Origin: a virus
Reading direction: 5' to 3' (one strand)
DNA: 64,000 nucleotides
Virus record (IMG/VR): IMGVR_UViG_3300017782_000001
The translations under genes and the position numbers were made by a program. Under the pieces are notes generated by a model. The model was given only the letters and a program-made list of their open reading frames with translations. It was not told the DNA's origin and did not search any database. This document shows, in pieces, positions 1-8,856 of the stretch. Numbering within the stretch: the first letter of the stretch is position 1; every line of letters begins with the position of its first letter.

Positions 1-78
1 GATTTAGCAGACTGATAGTCTTGGCCTTTTTTAATTTGTAATGCAATACATTCTTGCAAAACTTTTACAGACTGGCGC

Positions 79-276
79 TCATTGCTCATTACTTGAACTC
101 CATACGCTATTTAGATCGCTTTGAATTTCATCAAAAGCATATAGCGCAGAATTATATTGAAACGTATGTTTACCAAACTGCACTTCAGCTTTATCAACAA
201 ATACATTTCTACTTTCATTAAAGTTTTCTTCAGCGAAAACCTGACCTTCATAAAAGGCTTGACCTGTTTTTGACAT
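79..276 (-). CDS. hypothetical protein
   Basis: 65 aa ORF, stop/start-coupled to upstream ORF, AGGAG SD. Confidence 0.7.
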   Translation of the reverse strand: MSKTGQAFYEGQVFAEENFNESRNVFVDKAEVQFGKHTFQYNSALYAFDEIQSDLNSVWSSSNEQ

Positions 277-464
277 TATATATTACTCCTTAAACACATT
301 GCTGATCCAGCTATTATACCACAAAGTCCAACAGAAGTAAACACTAATAATTCAGAAAGTGACAAAGCGTTTTCCATACAATCGCCGTCACAATCAGAAC
401 CTGCTGCACCAATTACTAAAAAGAAACCTACAAAAATAAGAGCACTTCCAATTACATTTTTCAT
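276..464 (-). CDS. small membrane protein (two hydrophobic segments flanking a DCDGDC loop)
   Basis: 62 aa ORF in a TAATG-coupled chain. Confidence 0.7.
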   Translation of the reverse strand: MKNVIGSALIFVGFFLVIGAAGSDCDGDCMENALSLSELLVFTSVGLCGIIAGSAMCLRSNI

Positions 465-676
465 TATTTACACTCCTCAACTGTTACTTTATACTGCTTA
501 CCATTCCAGTCAGTTAAAGTAAGAAACTTTGAAGTTGATTGCATATAACCTTCTTTAGCTAAATCAAAATCAACAACACCTGAAGTAATATTACCATCAG
601 TAACTTTGGCAATATTATCTTTAATTGCATAAGCAATCATATCACAATAAGCTAAATTCATTATACGATACTCCAA
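464..676 (-). CDS. hypothetical protein
   Basis: 70 aa ORF in coupled chain; true start may be the Met at about 661. Confidence 0.65.
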   Translation of the reverse strand: MEYRIMNLAYCDMIAYAIKDNIAKVTDGNITSGVVDFDLAKEGYMQSTSKFLTLTDWNGKQYKVTVEECK

Positions 677-936
677 CCAAAGTTTTCTACCAAGAAGTCA
701 TTACCTTTATCTTCAGCAATGGCTACACAGATGGCTTCACGAACGATTGTATCACGGCTGCTAAGATATTTAGCGGCAGTTGGCATATTAGCACCATTGC
801 TTTCAGTGATGAAGTTATATACAACTTCTGCATCGTTTGCATCTGCAAGGTACATATCAGCCATATCTTCGGCAATTGCCCAATCTGATTTAGCTTGGTT
901 TTTATAAGATTTGATTAGTGATTTTAAGTTTTTCAT
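661..936 (-). CDS. hypothetical early protein
   Basis: start re-set to ATG 936 (MKNLKS, AAGGA SD), directly downstream of promoter 967-995. Confidence 0.7.
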   Translation of the reverse strand: MKNLKSLIKSYKNQAKSDWAIAEDMADMYLADANDAEVVYNFITESNGANMPTAAKYLSSRDTIVREAICVAIAEDKGNDFLVENFGWSIV

Positions 937-966
937 TTTTCTTTTCCTTTTCCATTTTATAGATCT

Positions 967-995
967 ATTATACACCATTTCTTCTCAAAAGTAAA
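967..995 (-). promoter_or_regulatory. sigma70-type early promoter TTTACT-N17-TATAAT
   Basis: read directly; same architecture recurs at six other sites. Confidence 0.8.
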
Positions 996-1033
996 GGAAA
1001 AAGTGCATTTTTATATTCAACAAAAACAAAGGC

Positions 1034-1459
1034 TTATGATTTTTTTGTAAATTTTTTTCCATTCCACTGGTATATTCCTTCATGAATATACTCTTTAGAC
1101 TTCTTATTATTGATAAAAATATAGACAATATCAGGGTATTTACGCCATGTTTCAAGTTTAGCTGCTTGACATCTAGCTAATACATAAGGAACGTTTCCAA
1201 GGTGTTCAGTACATTTAACTTCTATTAGATCACCTTGTGGATCTATCAGATCTTTGTATGGACGCTCATCATCCATCCATCCAGTTTCAATCAGGTATTG
1301 TTCTGCAGCATGACCGTATAAGGTTACTTCATATATTTCATTAAGAGTTCTACCTCGAGCAGTAGAAGGTTTTCTATGAATTTGTTTTGCTTCATTCATA
1401 GCCCTTTCACTCCATTCATGTTTGTCTTGTATATCATCAATGCTAAAGCTCATATCCAT
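1034..1459 (-). CDS. hypothetical protein, possible PD-(D/E)XK nuclease fold
   Basis: AAEQYL...DLID...IEVK spacing; start re-set to ATG 1459. Confidence 0.5.
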   Translation of the reverse strand: MDMSFSIDDIQDKHEWSERAMNEAKQIHRKPSTARGRTLNEIYEVTLYGHAAEQYLIETGWMDDERPYKDLIDPQGDLIEVKCTEHLGNVPYVLARCQAAKLETWRKYPDIVYIFINNKKSKEYIHEGIYQWNGKKFTKKS

Positions 1460-1460
1460 A

Positions 1461-2393
1461 TTAAATATTTCTGTACACGTATTCGATTGCACGATCTGCC
1501 TCCTTATCAAGTGGACGATTTTCATACCAATTACCTGTGTCAGTATCAAACTGTCGACATAGTTGAGATACTTCAGCTGCAGTAATTGGATATTTTTTAG
1601 TTACGGCGTTGCTTGCTGTTGCTACCATAATCTGATACATTTTGTGATACCAACCTGTACCACTAATAGTTCTATACTCATTAGCAAGCTTTTTAGGAAA
1701 GAAGGGACAATCGTGATATGATGTCCAATTGACATTAGTGTTATCCATTTGAGATTTACGATAAGATGTAATCGCTTGTCTCATTTCTTCTGGCATTCTA
1801 TCAAGAAATGAATTGCCAGTTGATTTTATAGGCATTGGATGTTTTCTAATTAATTCGTCCGGGTCAATAGTATTGCCGTTACGATTACTGAATATAAAAT
1901 TATTAGCACCATTATAGTTGCCTGGGATGTAATACATGCGAGACAAGTCTTTAGTCTGCTTATCTCCAAGTTCTCCGAGCTCACTTTGGAGCGCATACCA
2001 GAAGGCTTTGATTCTATCTCGTTCAACACCATATGCAAGTGGGAATACAAGTCTGAATTTCGGTACATCAATAGTAGAGCTAGCAGTAGAATAACACACC
2101 CAACGCCAACTACCAAAAAGTTTGTTAAGAGCATCAAATAAATCTCCTTCAAATTCGAAATCATCAACATCGACTGCACACCACATAGACCATTCAACTA
2201 CATTATCATTTGCACGTGTTGTGTTGGGTTTATATACAGCAGGTGACATTAGTTCTGCGTCTTGTTTTCCTTTCCTAGGCTTTTCAGCAAGTTGATATAA
2301 GACGCGTTCAAACGCATTGAAGTCATGAACATCAACTCGTTTGTCTGTCTTATTATCAAATATACTATTGAAAAGCGTTAGGGATAATGCCAT
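1461..2393 (-). CDS. archaeo-eukaryotic primase (prim-pol)-like protein
   Basis: AVDVDD (DxD), YSTASS, PKFRLVFPL, TKDLSRMYY motifs plus helical C-terminal domain. Confidence 0.65.
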   Translation of the reverse strand: MALSLTLFNSIFDNKTDKRVDVHDFNAFERVLYQLAEKPRKGKQDAELMSPAVYKPNTTRANDNVVEWSMWCAVDVDDFEFEGDLFDALNKLFGSWRWVCYSTASSTIDVPKFRLVFPLAYGVERDRIKAFWYALQSELGELGDKQTKDLSRMYYIPGNYNGANNFIFSNRNGNTIDPDELIRKHPMPIKSTGNSFLDRMPEEMRQAITSYRKSQMDNTNVNWTSYHDCPFFPKKLANEYRTISGTGWYHKMYQIMVATASNAVTKKYPITAAEVSQLCRQFDTDTGNWYENRPLDKEADRAIEYVYRNI

Positions 2394-2793
2394 GGTTTCC
2401 TCTATGTGTTGGAGCTTCCCAGCCTTCAGGTTTAATTAAATCAGGCATTCCTAATGGATTAGGGCGTGATTCTTTTACACCAACTTCTTTATCGAGATTA
2501 GCACGAAGCACTTCATCCCAAGCTCGATATGTATCTACTCCAAAAGCATCTAACGTGCCAAGAGCGACAACTACCAAATCAATAAGACCATCAACTACTT
2601 CTTCAGAATCTTTTTCATCGACAGCTTTTTCTGTTTCTTGTAGTTCTTCCATAAGAAATGAAAGACGAAACTTTAAGAACTTTTTCATTAGTTCTTTGTT
2701 ATCTTTATTTTCGGCTATCCACTTATGGACACCATATTTTTGATGCATAAAATTTATGTCATAAGGTAAGTCGCCTTTGAAAGGTGCACTCAT
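2365..2793 (-). CDS. MazG/PRA-PH-like all-alpha NTP pyrophosphohydrolase
   Basis: EELQE...EEVVDGLID...EVLRANLDK...KPEGW motifs. Confidence 0.8.
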   Translation of the reverse strand: MSAPFKGDLPYDINFMHQKYGVHKWIAENKDNKELMKKFLKFRLSFLMEELQETEKAVDEKDSEEVVDGLIDLVVVALGTLDAFGVDTYRAWDEVLRANLDKEVGVKESRPNPLGMPDLIKPEGWEAPTHRGNHGIIPNAFQ

Positions 2794-5258
2794 ACGAAAA
2801 AATCCTCCAATGTCATTTGTTCTGAGCTACTCCATCCAACCGCATTTAGAATAGGTTCCAATGGGTCGAGGAATGTTTTATTAAACTGCATTTCATAGTC
2901 AATATAGTTATGAAGCTGTAGTTCATTAGGTAAGTAATCTGGAAACGATACTACGTTTTCGCGGATTGGGTTAGGCATACGAAGATAGCAAAACTTTACT
3001 TTCTCTCCGTTTTTAATAGTCACATACTTTTTAAGTAAAGCTTTATCTTTGATGTGGTGATTATATAGTAAAGCACCACGTACATGAATTGGCGTACCTT
3101 TGCCATAAACAAGTTTTTTATCAGACCACTTTGATAAATCAGATGTGCCACGTGGAAAAGATACTTTTTCAGGTGGAAGACTTTTGAACTCATCGCGGAA
3201 ATCTGATATAAACTTTTGTGTTGCTTGTTCATCACCAGAAATAATAACTTGAAATATTTTTTTGAACTTATCCCGCACAACTTCTGGTGTAGAAGATTTG
3301 ATAGCCTCAATACCCATGATTTTAAGTTTAGGCACAGCGTATTGTACACCTTCGTTATTATGTACATTTAATATGTATCGCTTTTTAGCAGTCCATATAC
3401 CTCGATCAGCAATTGCTTCACGTGCCATAACCATACGATTATCGTATGCATTCATGTTGCTAGCCATTTTAGCATAAGACTTTTCAAGAGCAGGTTCAAA
3501 ATGATCTTGACAAATTTTATCAAGGAATGCTGTTGGATTCTTTGGCTCAAAGTGTTTGACTATATTCCCCATGTTGACATATAACGAATCAGTATCAATT
3601 GCAATAACGTAATCTTTATCATTAGTCTTAAGGATGTTATTCATTTCTTTGTTCATAGTACGTTCAGCCCAAAGAATAGCAAGCTGGCCAGATAAAGTAA
3701 TAGCCTCAGCTATACGCATATCAAAATAACGAAAGTACTTATTGCCAAGTGCACCATAAAGAGAATTCAATAGAATCTTAATAGCCATCTGACGATTTTC
3801 GAGTTGATTGATTTCTTTTTCAAGTTCAAATGTTTTTTCAACCTCGTACTTTTTCATAGCAGCAATCATCATATTCTTAACAGACTTACGTTCATCGTAA
3901 TATTGAACAATGATTTGAGGAATGATACCTTGCTTTTCGCAATTAAAAGTACAACCATTAGCTGCTGTGGCATAAGTGGAACAGGTTGTTTGGTCATTAA
4001 GATAATAATCCACACCACCTTTTTCAGTGACACCAATGATTGTTTCAGGTGACATGTTGTATTGTACAATAAGATTAGGATACAAAGAATTCAAATCAAA
4101 TGAGCATACCCATTCATGCATACCTACCTGTGGTTCTTTAACAAAGCCACCAGGATATTCCATTTTATTTTTTTCGATAGCAGGAGGAATAGCAATTTTG
4201 TTTTTATGTAGTTCACGATAAATGATTGAATCCCAGATAGCAGTAGTGCCAAATGTATCTTGGAAGTTAACACCACCTTTATAAGCTATAGTCACAGCTA
4301 GTGTGATAAGCCCCATCTTGTCTTCAAGGCGTTCAATAAGCTCGACATCTTTAATGTTGTAGTCAATAAAAAGCTGGTGATTTTGTTTGTAAAGATTATA
4401 AAGGTTACCGTATTCTTCATATGATAATTTAGTTTCACCAAGGACAACATAAGCAATATGATTTAGTGCATAAGATTCTTGAGCACCATAGGAATAACCA
4501 AACTTAATAAACAATTCCATGTAATCAAGTTGAGAAATACCAACTATGTCATATGCCTGTTGCTTACGGCCTTTGATAGTTTTTTCTTGAAAGTGCACTA
4601 AACCCCAAGGAGATAATCTACGAATAGATTCAGGAGAAACAATACGATTAATACGATTAACGAGATATGGAATATCAAAAAATCGTGTATTCCAACCAGT
4701 TATAACATCAGGACAATTATCCTCCCAGTAACTAATAAACTTATTAAGTAGCTCATGCTCATTAGCACACTTTACATAACGAATATTATCAGTTTTAGCA
4801 TGATAATCATCTAAGCCCCAAACATAGTATACGTTACCACGGCTCATTTTAAGAGCAATAGAAATTACAGGATGCAAAGCATCGCTAGGTTCGGGGAATC
4901 CATCATCCGAGGCAACCTCAATATCAATGTTACATACTTGAATATGTGCACGATTGAATTGAATATCGTGAGGAAACCTTTCAGTGATGTATTGGTGTAC
5001 AAAGTTTTGGTTGCCATATACCTTAGCATTGGCAACATCTGAATATCTTTCTAGGAATTCCTTACCATCTTTCATAGATGCTTGTTTTACAGGCGCAACC
5101 GGTACACCATCAAGAGATTTCCATGTAGTTTGTTTTTGTGTAGGCACAAAAAGCGTAGGCTCGTATTTAACTTTTTTCTTTACTGGCACACCATTATGGT
5201 TGTAGCCACGATAAAGTAAAGAGTTGCCGTAACGAGCGACAGAAGTGTAAAATGACAT
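2790..5258 (-). CDS. gp43: family B DNA polymerase
   Basis: DIEV exonuclease motif, DLNSLYP, KILLNSLYG, IDTDS, KKRY. Confidence 0.98.
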   Translation of the reverse strand: MSFYTSVARYGNSLLYRGYNHNGVPVKKKVKYEPTLFVPTQKQTTWKSLDGVPVAPVKQASMKDGKEFLERYSDVANAKVYGNQNFVHQYITERFPHDIQFNRAHIQVCNIDIEVASDDGFPEPSDALHPVISIALKMSRGNVYYVWGLDDYHAKTDNIRYVKCANEHELLNKFISYWEDNCPDVITGWNTRFFDIPYLVNRINRIVSPESIRRLSPWGLVHFQEKTIKGRKQQAYDIVGISQLDYMELFIKFGYSYGAQESYALNHIAYVVLGETKLSYEEYGNLYNLYKQNHQLFIDYNIKDVELIERLEDKMGLITLAVTIAYKGGVNFQDTFGTTAIWDSIIYRELHKNKIAIPPAIEKNKMEYPGGFVKEPQVGMHEWVCSFDLNSLYPNLIVQYNMSPETIIGVTEKGGVDYYLNDQTTCSTYATAANGCTFNCEKQGIIPQIIVQYYDERKSVKNMMIAAMKKYEVEKTFELEKEINQLENRQMAIKILLNSLYGALGNKYFRYFDMRIAEAITLSGQLAILWAERTMNKEMNNILKTNDKDYVIAIDTDSLYVNMGNIVKHFEPKNPTAFLDKICQDHFEPALEKSYAKMASNMNAYDNRMVMAREAIADRGIWTAKKRYILNVHNNEGVQYAVPKLKIMGIEAIKSSTPEVVRDKFKKIFQVIISGDEQATQKFISDFRDEFKSLPPEKVSFPRGTSDLSKWSDKKLVYGKGTPIHVRGALLYNHHIKDKALLKKYVTIKNGEKVKFCYLRMPNPIRENVVSFPDYLPNELQLHNYIDYEMQFNKTFLDPLEPILNAVGWSSSEQMTLEDFFV

Positions 5259-5283
5259 ATGTTAATCCTCAACTGTAGATATT

Positions 5284-5312
5284 ATTATACCACAGAAATC
5301 ATGTAAAGTAAA
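5284..5312 (-). promoter_or_regulatory. early promoter TTTACT-N17-TATAAT for gp43
   Basis: exact 17 bp spacer, TGTGG before -10. Confidence 0.8.
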
Positions 5313-5313
5313 C

Positions 5314-5339
5314 AAAAAAAGGGCGGTTTCCCGCCCTTT
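5314..5339 (-). terminator. rho-independent terminator
   Basis: AAAGGGCGG-GAAA-CCGCCCTTT followed by a T-tract. Confidence 0.9.
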
Positions 5340-5348
5340 CTGTCATTT

Positions 5349-5450
5349 TTATTTGCCTAACATAAGCTTTTTAGCTTCATCCATTCTTCCAGATGATGCT
5401 AGCCTATGTGCTTCTAACGACATTAACAAAGTATTAAAAAAGTCTTTCAT
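5349..5450 (-). CDS. 33 aa small protein (not in ORF track)
   Basis: MKDFFNTLLMSLEAHRLASSGRMDEAKKLMLGK; ATGA overlap with upstream ORF, ends before terminator. Confidence 0.65.
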   Translation of the reverse strand: MKDFFNTLLMSLEAHRLASSGRMDEAKKLMLGK

Positions 5451-5593
5451 CGGTAATAACCCAATGGGCCTAAACCGCGTTGTAGTCTTTTCATTCTTTG
5501 TTCAAGATCTACTAAGTCTGTAGCTCTTGCTAGATATTTTTCGTCAGGACACATTTTGTAGTTCTTCCACCAAGCTTTGATTTTTTTAATCAC
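5447..5593 (-). CDS. 48 aa small protein, DUF3563-like (not in ORF track)
   Basis: GTG start with GGAGG SD; EKYLARATDLVDLEQRMKRL motif. Confidence 0.7.
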   Translation of the reverse strand: MIKKIKAWWKNYKMCPDEKYLARATDLVDLEQRMKRLQRGLGPLGYYR

Positions 5594-5807
5594 GGTATCT
5601 TACCTCCGCTCTGTCATTCATTTCTGACAGTAGAGATTCAAGCGTGTGATGAGGGTACTCATGCAGAATCATAGGAGCAATTTGCCTATTAGCTGCTTTT
5701 TGTCTTGCGACTTGGTACCCAATCAGCATTGCTGAAAGAGTTACTTTTAGTGAGCTTAGAAATTTCTCAAATATTTTCGTTGAGAAGTTGAGCGCTATTG
5801 TTGTCAT
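5586..5807 (-). CDS. small hypothetical protein
   Basis: 73 aa, GAGGA SD, overlaps hsp20 3' end. Confidence 0.7.
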   Translation of the reverse strand: MTTIALNFSTKIFEKFLSSLKVTLSAMLIGYQVARQKAANRQIAPMILHEYPHHTLESLLSEMNDRAEVRYRD

Positions 5808-6234
5808 TTTTTAATTCCTCGTTAGATTTAATTTTGATCTTACGAGGCTGCTTTTCTTTTGGTAGAACCACCTGTAAATTCACGGCTAAGATTCCATCCT
5901 CAAGATTAGCTCCTGTTACTTCGGTATATTCCGACAGTCTAAATGACTTAATCCAGTTTTTTGCACTAATACCTTTATGAACATACGAATTTTGATCGCG
6001 CCTTGTCGGTCTGTCGCCTTTAATGTGCAACACACCATCATTTACTTCAATATCAATATGATCTTGTTTGAATCCAGCCACTGCCATTTCAACTACAAAA
6101 TTGTAATCGTCATTCTTTACGACATTATGTGGTGGGTAGGTATCCTTCGCATGCTTGTGAATATTCTCAAGCTGATCGAAGATGTGGTCAAAACCAATAA
6201 AACCCGAACGTGGGTATGCGAAATTGCTAGTCAT
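5767..6234 (-). CDS. hsp20: small heat-shock protein (Hsp20/IbpA family)
   Basis: IGFD, YPPHN, AVAGF, HKGIS, GANLEDGIL, PRKIKI. Confidence 0.95.
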   Translation of the reverse strand: MTSNFAYPRSGFIGFDHIFDQLENIHKHAKDTYPPHNVVKNDDYNFVVEMAVAGFKQDHIDIEVNDGVLHIKGDRPTRRDQNSYVHKGISAKNWIKSFRLSEYTEVTGANLEDGILAVNLQVVLPKEKQPRKIKIKSNEELKNDNNSAQLLNENI

Positions 6235-6292
6235 TGTTTCCTCCTATAGAATAGCAAGGTTATTTACGTAACCTACATAGTGTAGCATTACG
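6235..6292 (-). promoter_or_regulatory. ROSE-like RNA thermometer in hsp20 5' UTR
   Basis: CCUUGCUAU-UCU-AUAGGAGG hairpin pairs UUGCU with the SD; preceded by a second hairpin at 6267-6292. Confidence 0.75.
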
Positions 6293-6296
6293 ATTC

Positions 6297-6304
6297 TATT
6301 TATA
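6297..6304 (-). promoter_or_regulatory. T4-type late promoter TATAAATA (hsp20)
   Basis: exact consensus immediately 5' of the structured leader. Confidence 0.8.
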
Positions 6305-6430
6305 TTAGATTTTCTTTTTAATCCAACGATAAGCAGCATAGGCAAGCAATAAAACAAAAATTGTTCCAATGCCATCAAACCATGATGTCTCATTCATTGC
6401 ATCAATTAAATCAGCAGTTAGCCAATCCAT
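6305..6430 (-). CDS. 41 aa single-pass membrane protein (not in ORF track)
   Basis: MDWLTADLIDAMNETSWFDGIGTIFVLLLAYAAYRWIKKKI; TAATG coupling, GGAG SD. Confidence 0.7.
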   Translation of the reverse strand: MDWLTADLIDAMNETSWFDGIGTIFVLLLAYAAYRWIKKKI

Positions 6431-6861
6431 TATTCGTGCTCTCCTCCATTACCGCGACCAAGTCCACCAAAATATTGTGGAGCTCGTCTGGCTGTTTCGA
6501 ATGTAGCAACTGTTATAACAATTCCCGCTATAAAGAGAATGTGGGCAACAGCACTAACTGCAAATACAGTAACGCTGCCAACACTCATACTAAAAATAAT
6601 ACACCACATCCACGCTAGTATTTGCATTACTACATGGCGTGTTTGCATATCTGGAATATTTCGTAGCGGATTCATGTTATGATCCATGATTGCATTCCAA
6701 CAGTTTACGATCAATGTTCTCACAGGATATACTCCTTTTTCAAATGTCACTTTTATAGGATAGTTTGCATCGACAATATCTTTGAAATCAATAGCGTCGT
6801 ATACGTCAGTGAAGTACTGAACTACTTTTCTTTCCCTAAAATAACCTGTCACTCTATACAT
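6430..6861 (-). CDS. hypothetical membrane protein (possible second start GTG 6723)
   Basis: start re-set downstream of regA; two C-terminal hydrophobic helices. Confidence 0.7.
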   Translation of the reverse strand: MYRVTGYFRERKVVQYFTDVYDAIDFKDIVDANYPIKVTFEKGVYPVRTLIVNCWNAIMDHNMNPLRNIPDMQTRHVVMQILAWMWCIIFSMSVGSVTVFAVSAVAHILFIAGIVITVATFETARRAPQYFGGLGRGNGGEHE

Positions 6862-6874
6862 ACTAACTCTATAA

Positions 6875-7288
6875 TTACTGCTTTGACCCGATGTTATATT
6901 TCGGACAAAGTTCCCATTCACTTTTTTCTCTAAACGGTATGATTTTAATTTGTCTAAGCGGCGCTTGGCCATTTACATCATCACTCTTTTGAATCTCAAT
7001 AAGACCCCAATCACTCATTAATTGTGCGATTGTATTCCTACGAGCAAGATCGGTTCCTTCAAGGTTAGCTTTCTTACCGTCTAAAAGAAATAGCTCTTTG
7101 AAGTGTACTATAAAATACCTGCCTTGCTTGTGCAAAATATGACAGGATTGAAATAGTCTTTTTTCTTTACGTGATGCTACACCGATTCTTGTTAAAGTTT
7201 CTCTTACTTTGAGAAAATCGTCTGGTTCATTAAGAGTGATTTCCAGCATTGACTGCGGACTCCACTCGATTACATTATTTTGTTCCAC
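6875..7288 (-). CDS. regA: translational repressor RegA
   Basis: DDFLKVRETLTRIG, CHILHKQGRYFIVHFKELF. Confidence 0.97.
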   Translation of the reverse strand: MEQNNVIEWSPQSMLEITLNEPDDFLKVRETLTRIGVASRKEKRLFQSCHILHKQGRYFIVHFKELFLLDGKKANLEGTDLARRNTIAQLMSDWGLIEIQKSDDVNGQAPLRQIKIIPFREKSEWELCPKYNIGSKQ

Positions 7289-7652
7289 CTTTATACACCT
7301 TCTTCTTTAACCCATTGATATCATCTGGCGATAGAAGTGTGAGTGCTTGGCGGGCTTTTTCATTACTGTAACCATAGTATTCTTTAACAACTTCAATATC
7401 GCTTTCAATTTGAGGCTTTGCCCATTTCGAAAATCTTTTCTTCTTCCTTACTATATTTATAAGGAAGTCGAATTGAAGACGGCTGTCAAGGTGTGCATGC
7501 TGATTCATTTCATTAGCCATGAGAACAGTATCGTTAAAATAAGAAAGACCACGGTTAACCATAAACGCATTGTATTGCTTTTCTGTAATATCATCAACCA
7601 TTATATCTTCTTTAGAAGTATTAATAGCATTTAAGTATTCAAACGGATTCAT
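7275..7652 (-). CDS. gp62: clamp loader small subunit
   Basis: FMVNRGLS, ANEMN, RKKKRFSKW, YYGYSNEKA; synteny. Confidence 0.93.
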   Translation of the reverse strand: MNPFEYLNAINTSKEDIMVDDITEKQYNAFMVNRGLSYFNDTVLMANEMNQHAHLDSRLQFDFLINIVRKKKRFSKWAKPQIESDIEVVKEYYGYSNEKARQALTLLSPDDINGLKKKVYKGGTK

Positions 7653-7660
7653 TAAAACCT

Positions 7661-8599
7661 CTATGTAAGTTCAACATTGGCCATAATCTCTGTCATACAG
7701 GCGACTACGTTCAATTCATGATCTGCAACAAAAGCGTTTTTATATTGATAGTCAGCAAGTATAAGAACGAGTTGAGGAATAGATTGAGGAGATACTTTAT
7801 CTGTCATACGATCATACACTCCACGAAAGATTGCACTTGCATCGGTATCAATATTATTGACAACCCATTGCCGCATCTTTTTGAAGTCTTTAGTTTTCAG
7901 AAAAGTAAATAGTTCATCGAATGTTTTTTCACTTGATGACGTTAATACATTTGAGTCAATTCTACCAGATGCACTATGTCTTTGTAATTCATTAAGAACT
8001 CTGCGCCAATCTGGTGCATGTCTCATAATTAAATCAGCAAGAACTTTACTATCAAATGATACTTCTTCCTTATAAAGGATGTTAGCAGCGCGATCCATAA
8101 ATTGACCACACAATTGAACCATATCTTTTTTAGAAGTATTAAATTCGTATACACCACACCGTGAGTGCAATGGCTCAATAATTCGATTCTTAAAGTTACA
8201 TGTTAGAATAAATCGACAGTTATTAGCAAACTCTTCAATGAAACCACGAAGAGCAGGCTGTGTCGATTGAGGATTCAAATAATCTGCTTCATCAAGGATA
8301 ACTACTTTATAGCCACCTTGTAATGAAACAGAACTCGCGAACTGTTTAATTTTTCCGCGAAGTGTATCAATGTTGCCTTCCTCTGAACCATTGATTAAAA
8401 TATAATCAAGGTTTAGCATATTACACATTGCTTTTGCGACTGTAGTTTTACCTAAGCCGGCGGTACCGGTGAGAAGCATATTAGGCAACTCACCGGTTTG
8501 TACTACTGAACTAAACGTATTCTTAAGGGATTCAGGTAAAATACATTCTTCAATAGTTTTTGGCCGATACTTTTCGACCCACAGAAAATCTGTAGACAT
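7661..8599 (-). CDS. gp44: clamp loader ATPase subunit
   Basis: WVEKYRP, GLGKTT, DEAD, SRC. Confidence 0.97.
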   Translation of the reverse strand: MSTDFLWVEKYRPKTIEECILPESLKNTFSSVVQTGELPNMLLTGTAGLGKTTVAKAMCNMLNLDYILINGSEEGNIDTLRGKIKQFASSVSLQGGYKVVILDEADYLNPQSTQPALRGFIEEFANNCRFILTCNFKNRIIEPLHSRCGVYEFNTSKKDMVQLCGQFMDRAANILYKEEVSFDSKVLADLIMRHAPDWRRVLNELQRHSASGRIDSNVLTSSSEKTFDELFTFLKTKDFKKMRQWVVNNIDTDASAIFRGVYDRMTDKVSPQSIPQLVLILADYQYKNAFVADHELNVVACMTEIMANVELT

Positions 8600-8629
8600 T
8601 CACATACTCCATAATAAAAAATAACTAGC

Positions 8630-8854
8630 TTACTTAGAAGCTTGTTCTTGCTGGTAGTTTTCAGCAAGTTGGATGATCTGAATCGATTGATCACGCAATC
8701 CACCAATGGTAGATAGCTCTTCACCCTTAAACCCACCACGTTGTGTGAGGGCATCAACTACAGCGATCGTAGACCTAGCGGCCCGGTTCGCAACTTCATA
8801 AATCTGAGCATGCGGATCTTCCGCTGCTTCGACTTCTTTTTTTTCTTCAGCCAT
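8630..8854 (-). CDS. hypothetical protein
   Basis: start re-set to ATG 8854 (GGAG SD), between gp45 and gp44. Confidence 0.75.
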   Translation of the reverse strand: MAEEKKEVEAAEDPHAQIYEVANRAARSTIAVVDALTQRGGFKGEELSTIGGLRDQSIQIIQLAENYQQEQASK

Positions 8855-8856
8855 AA

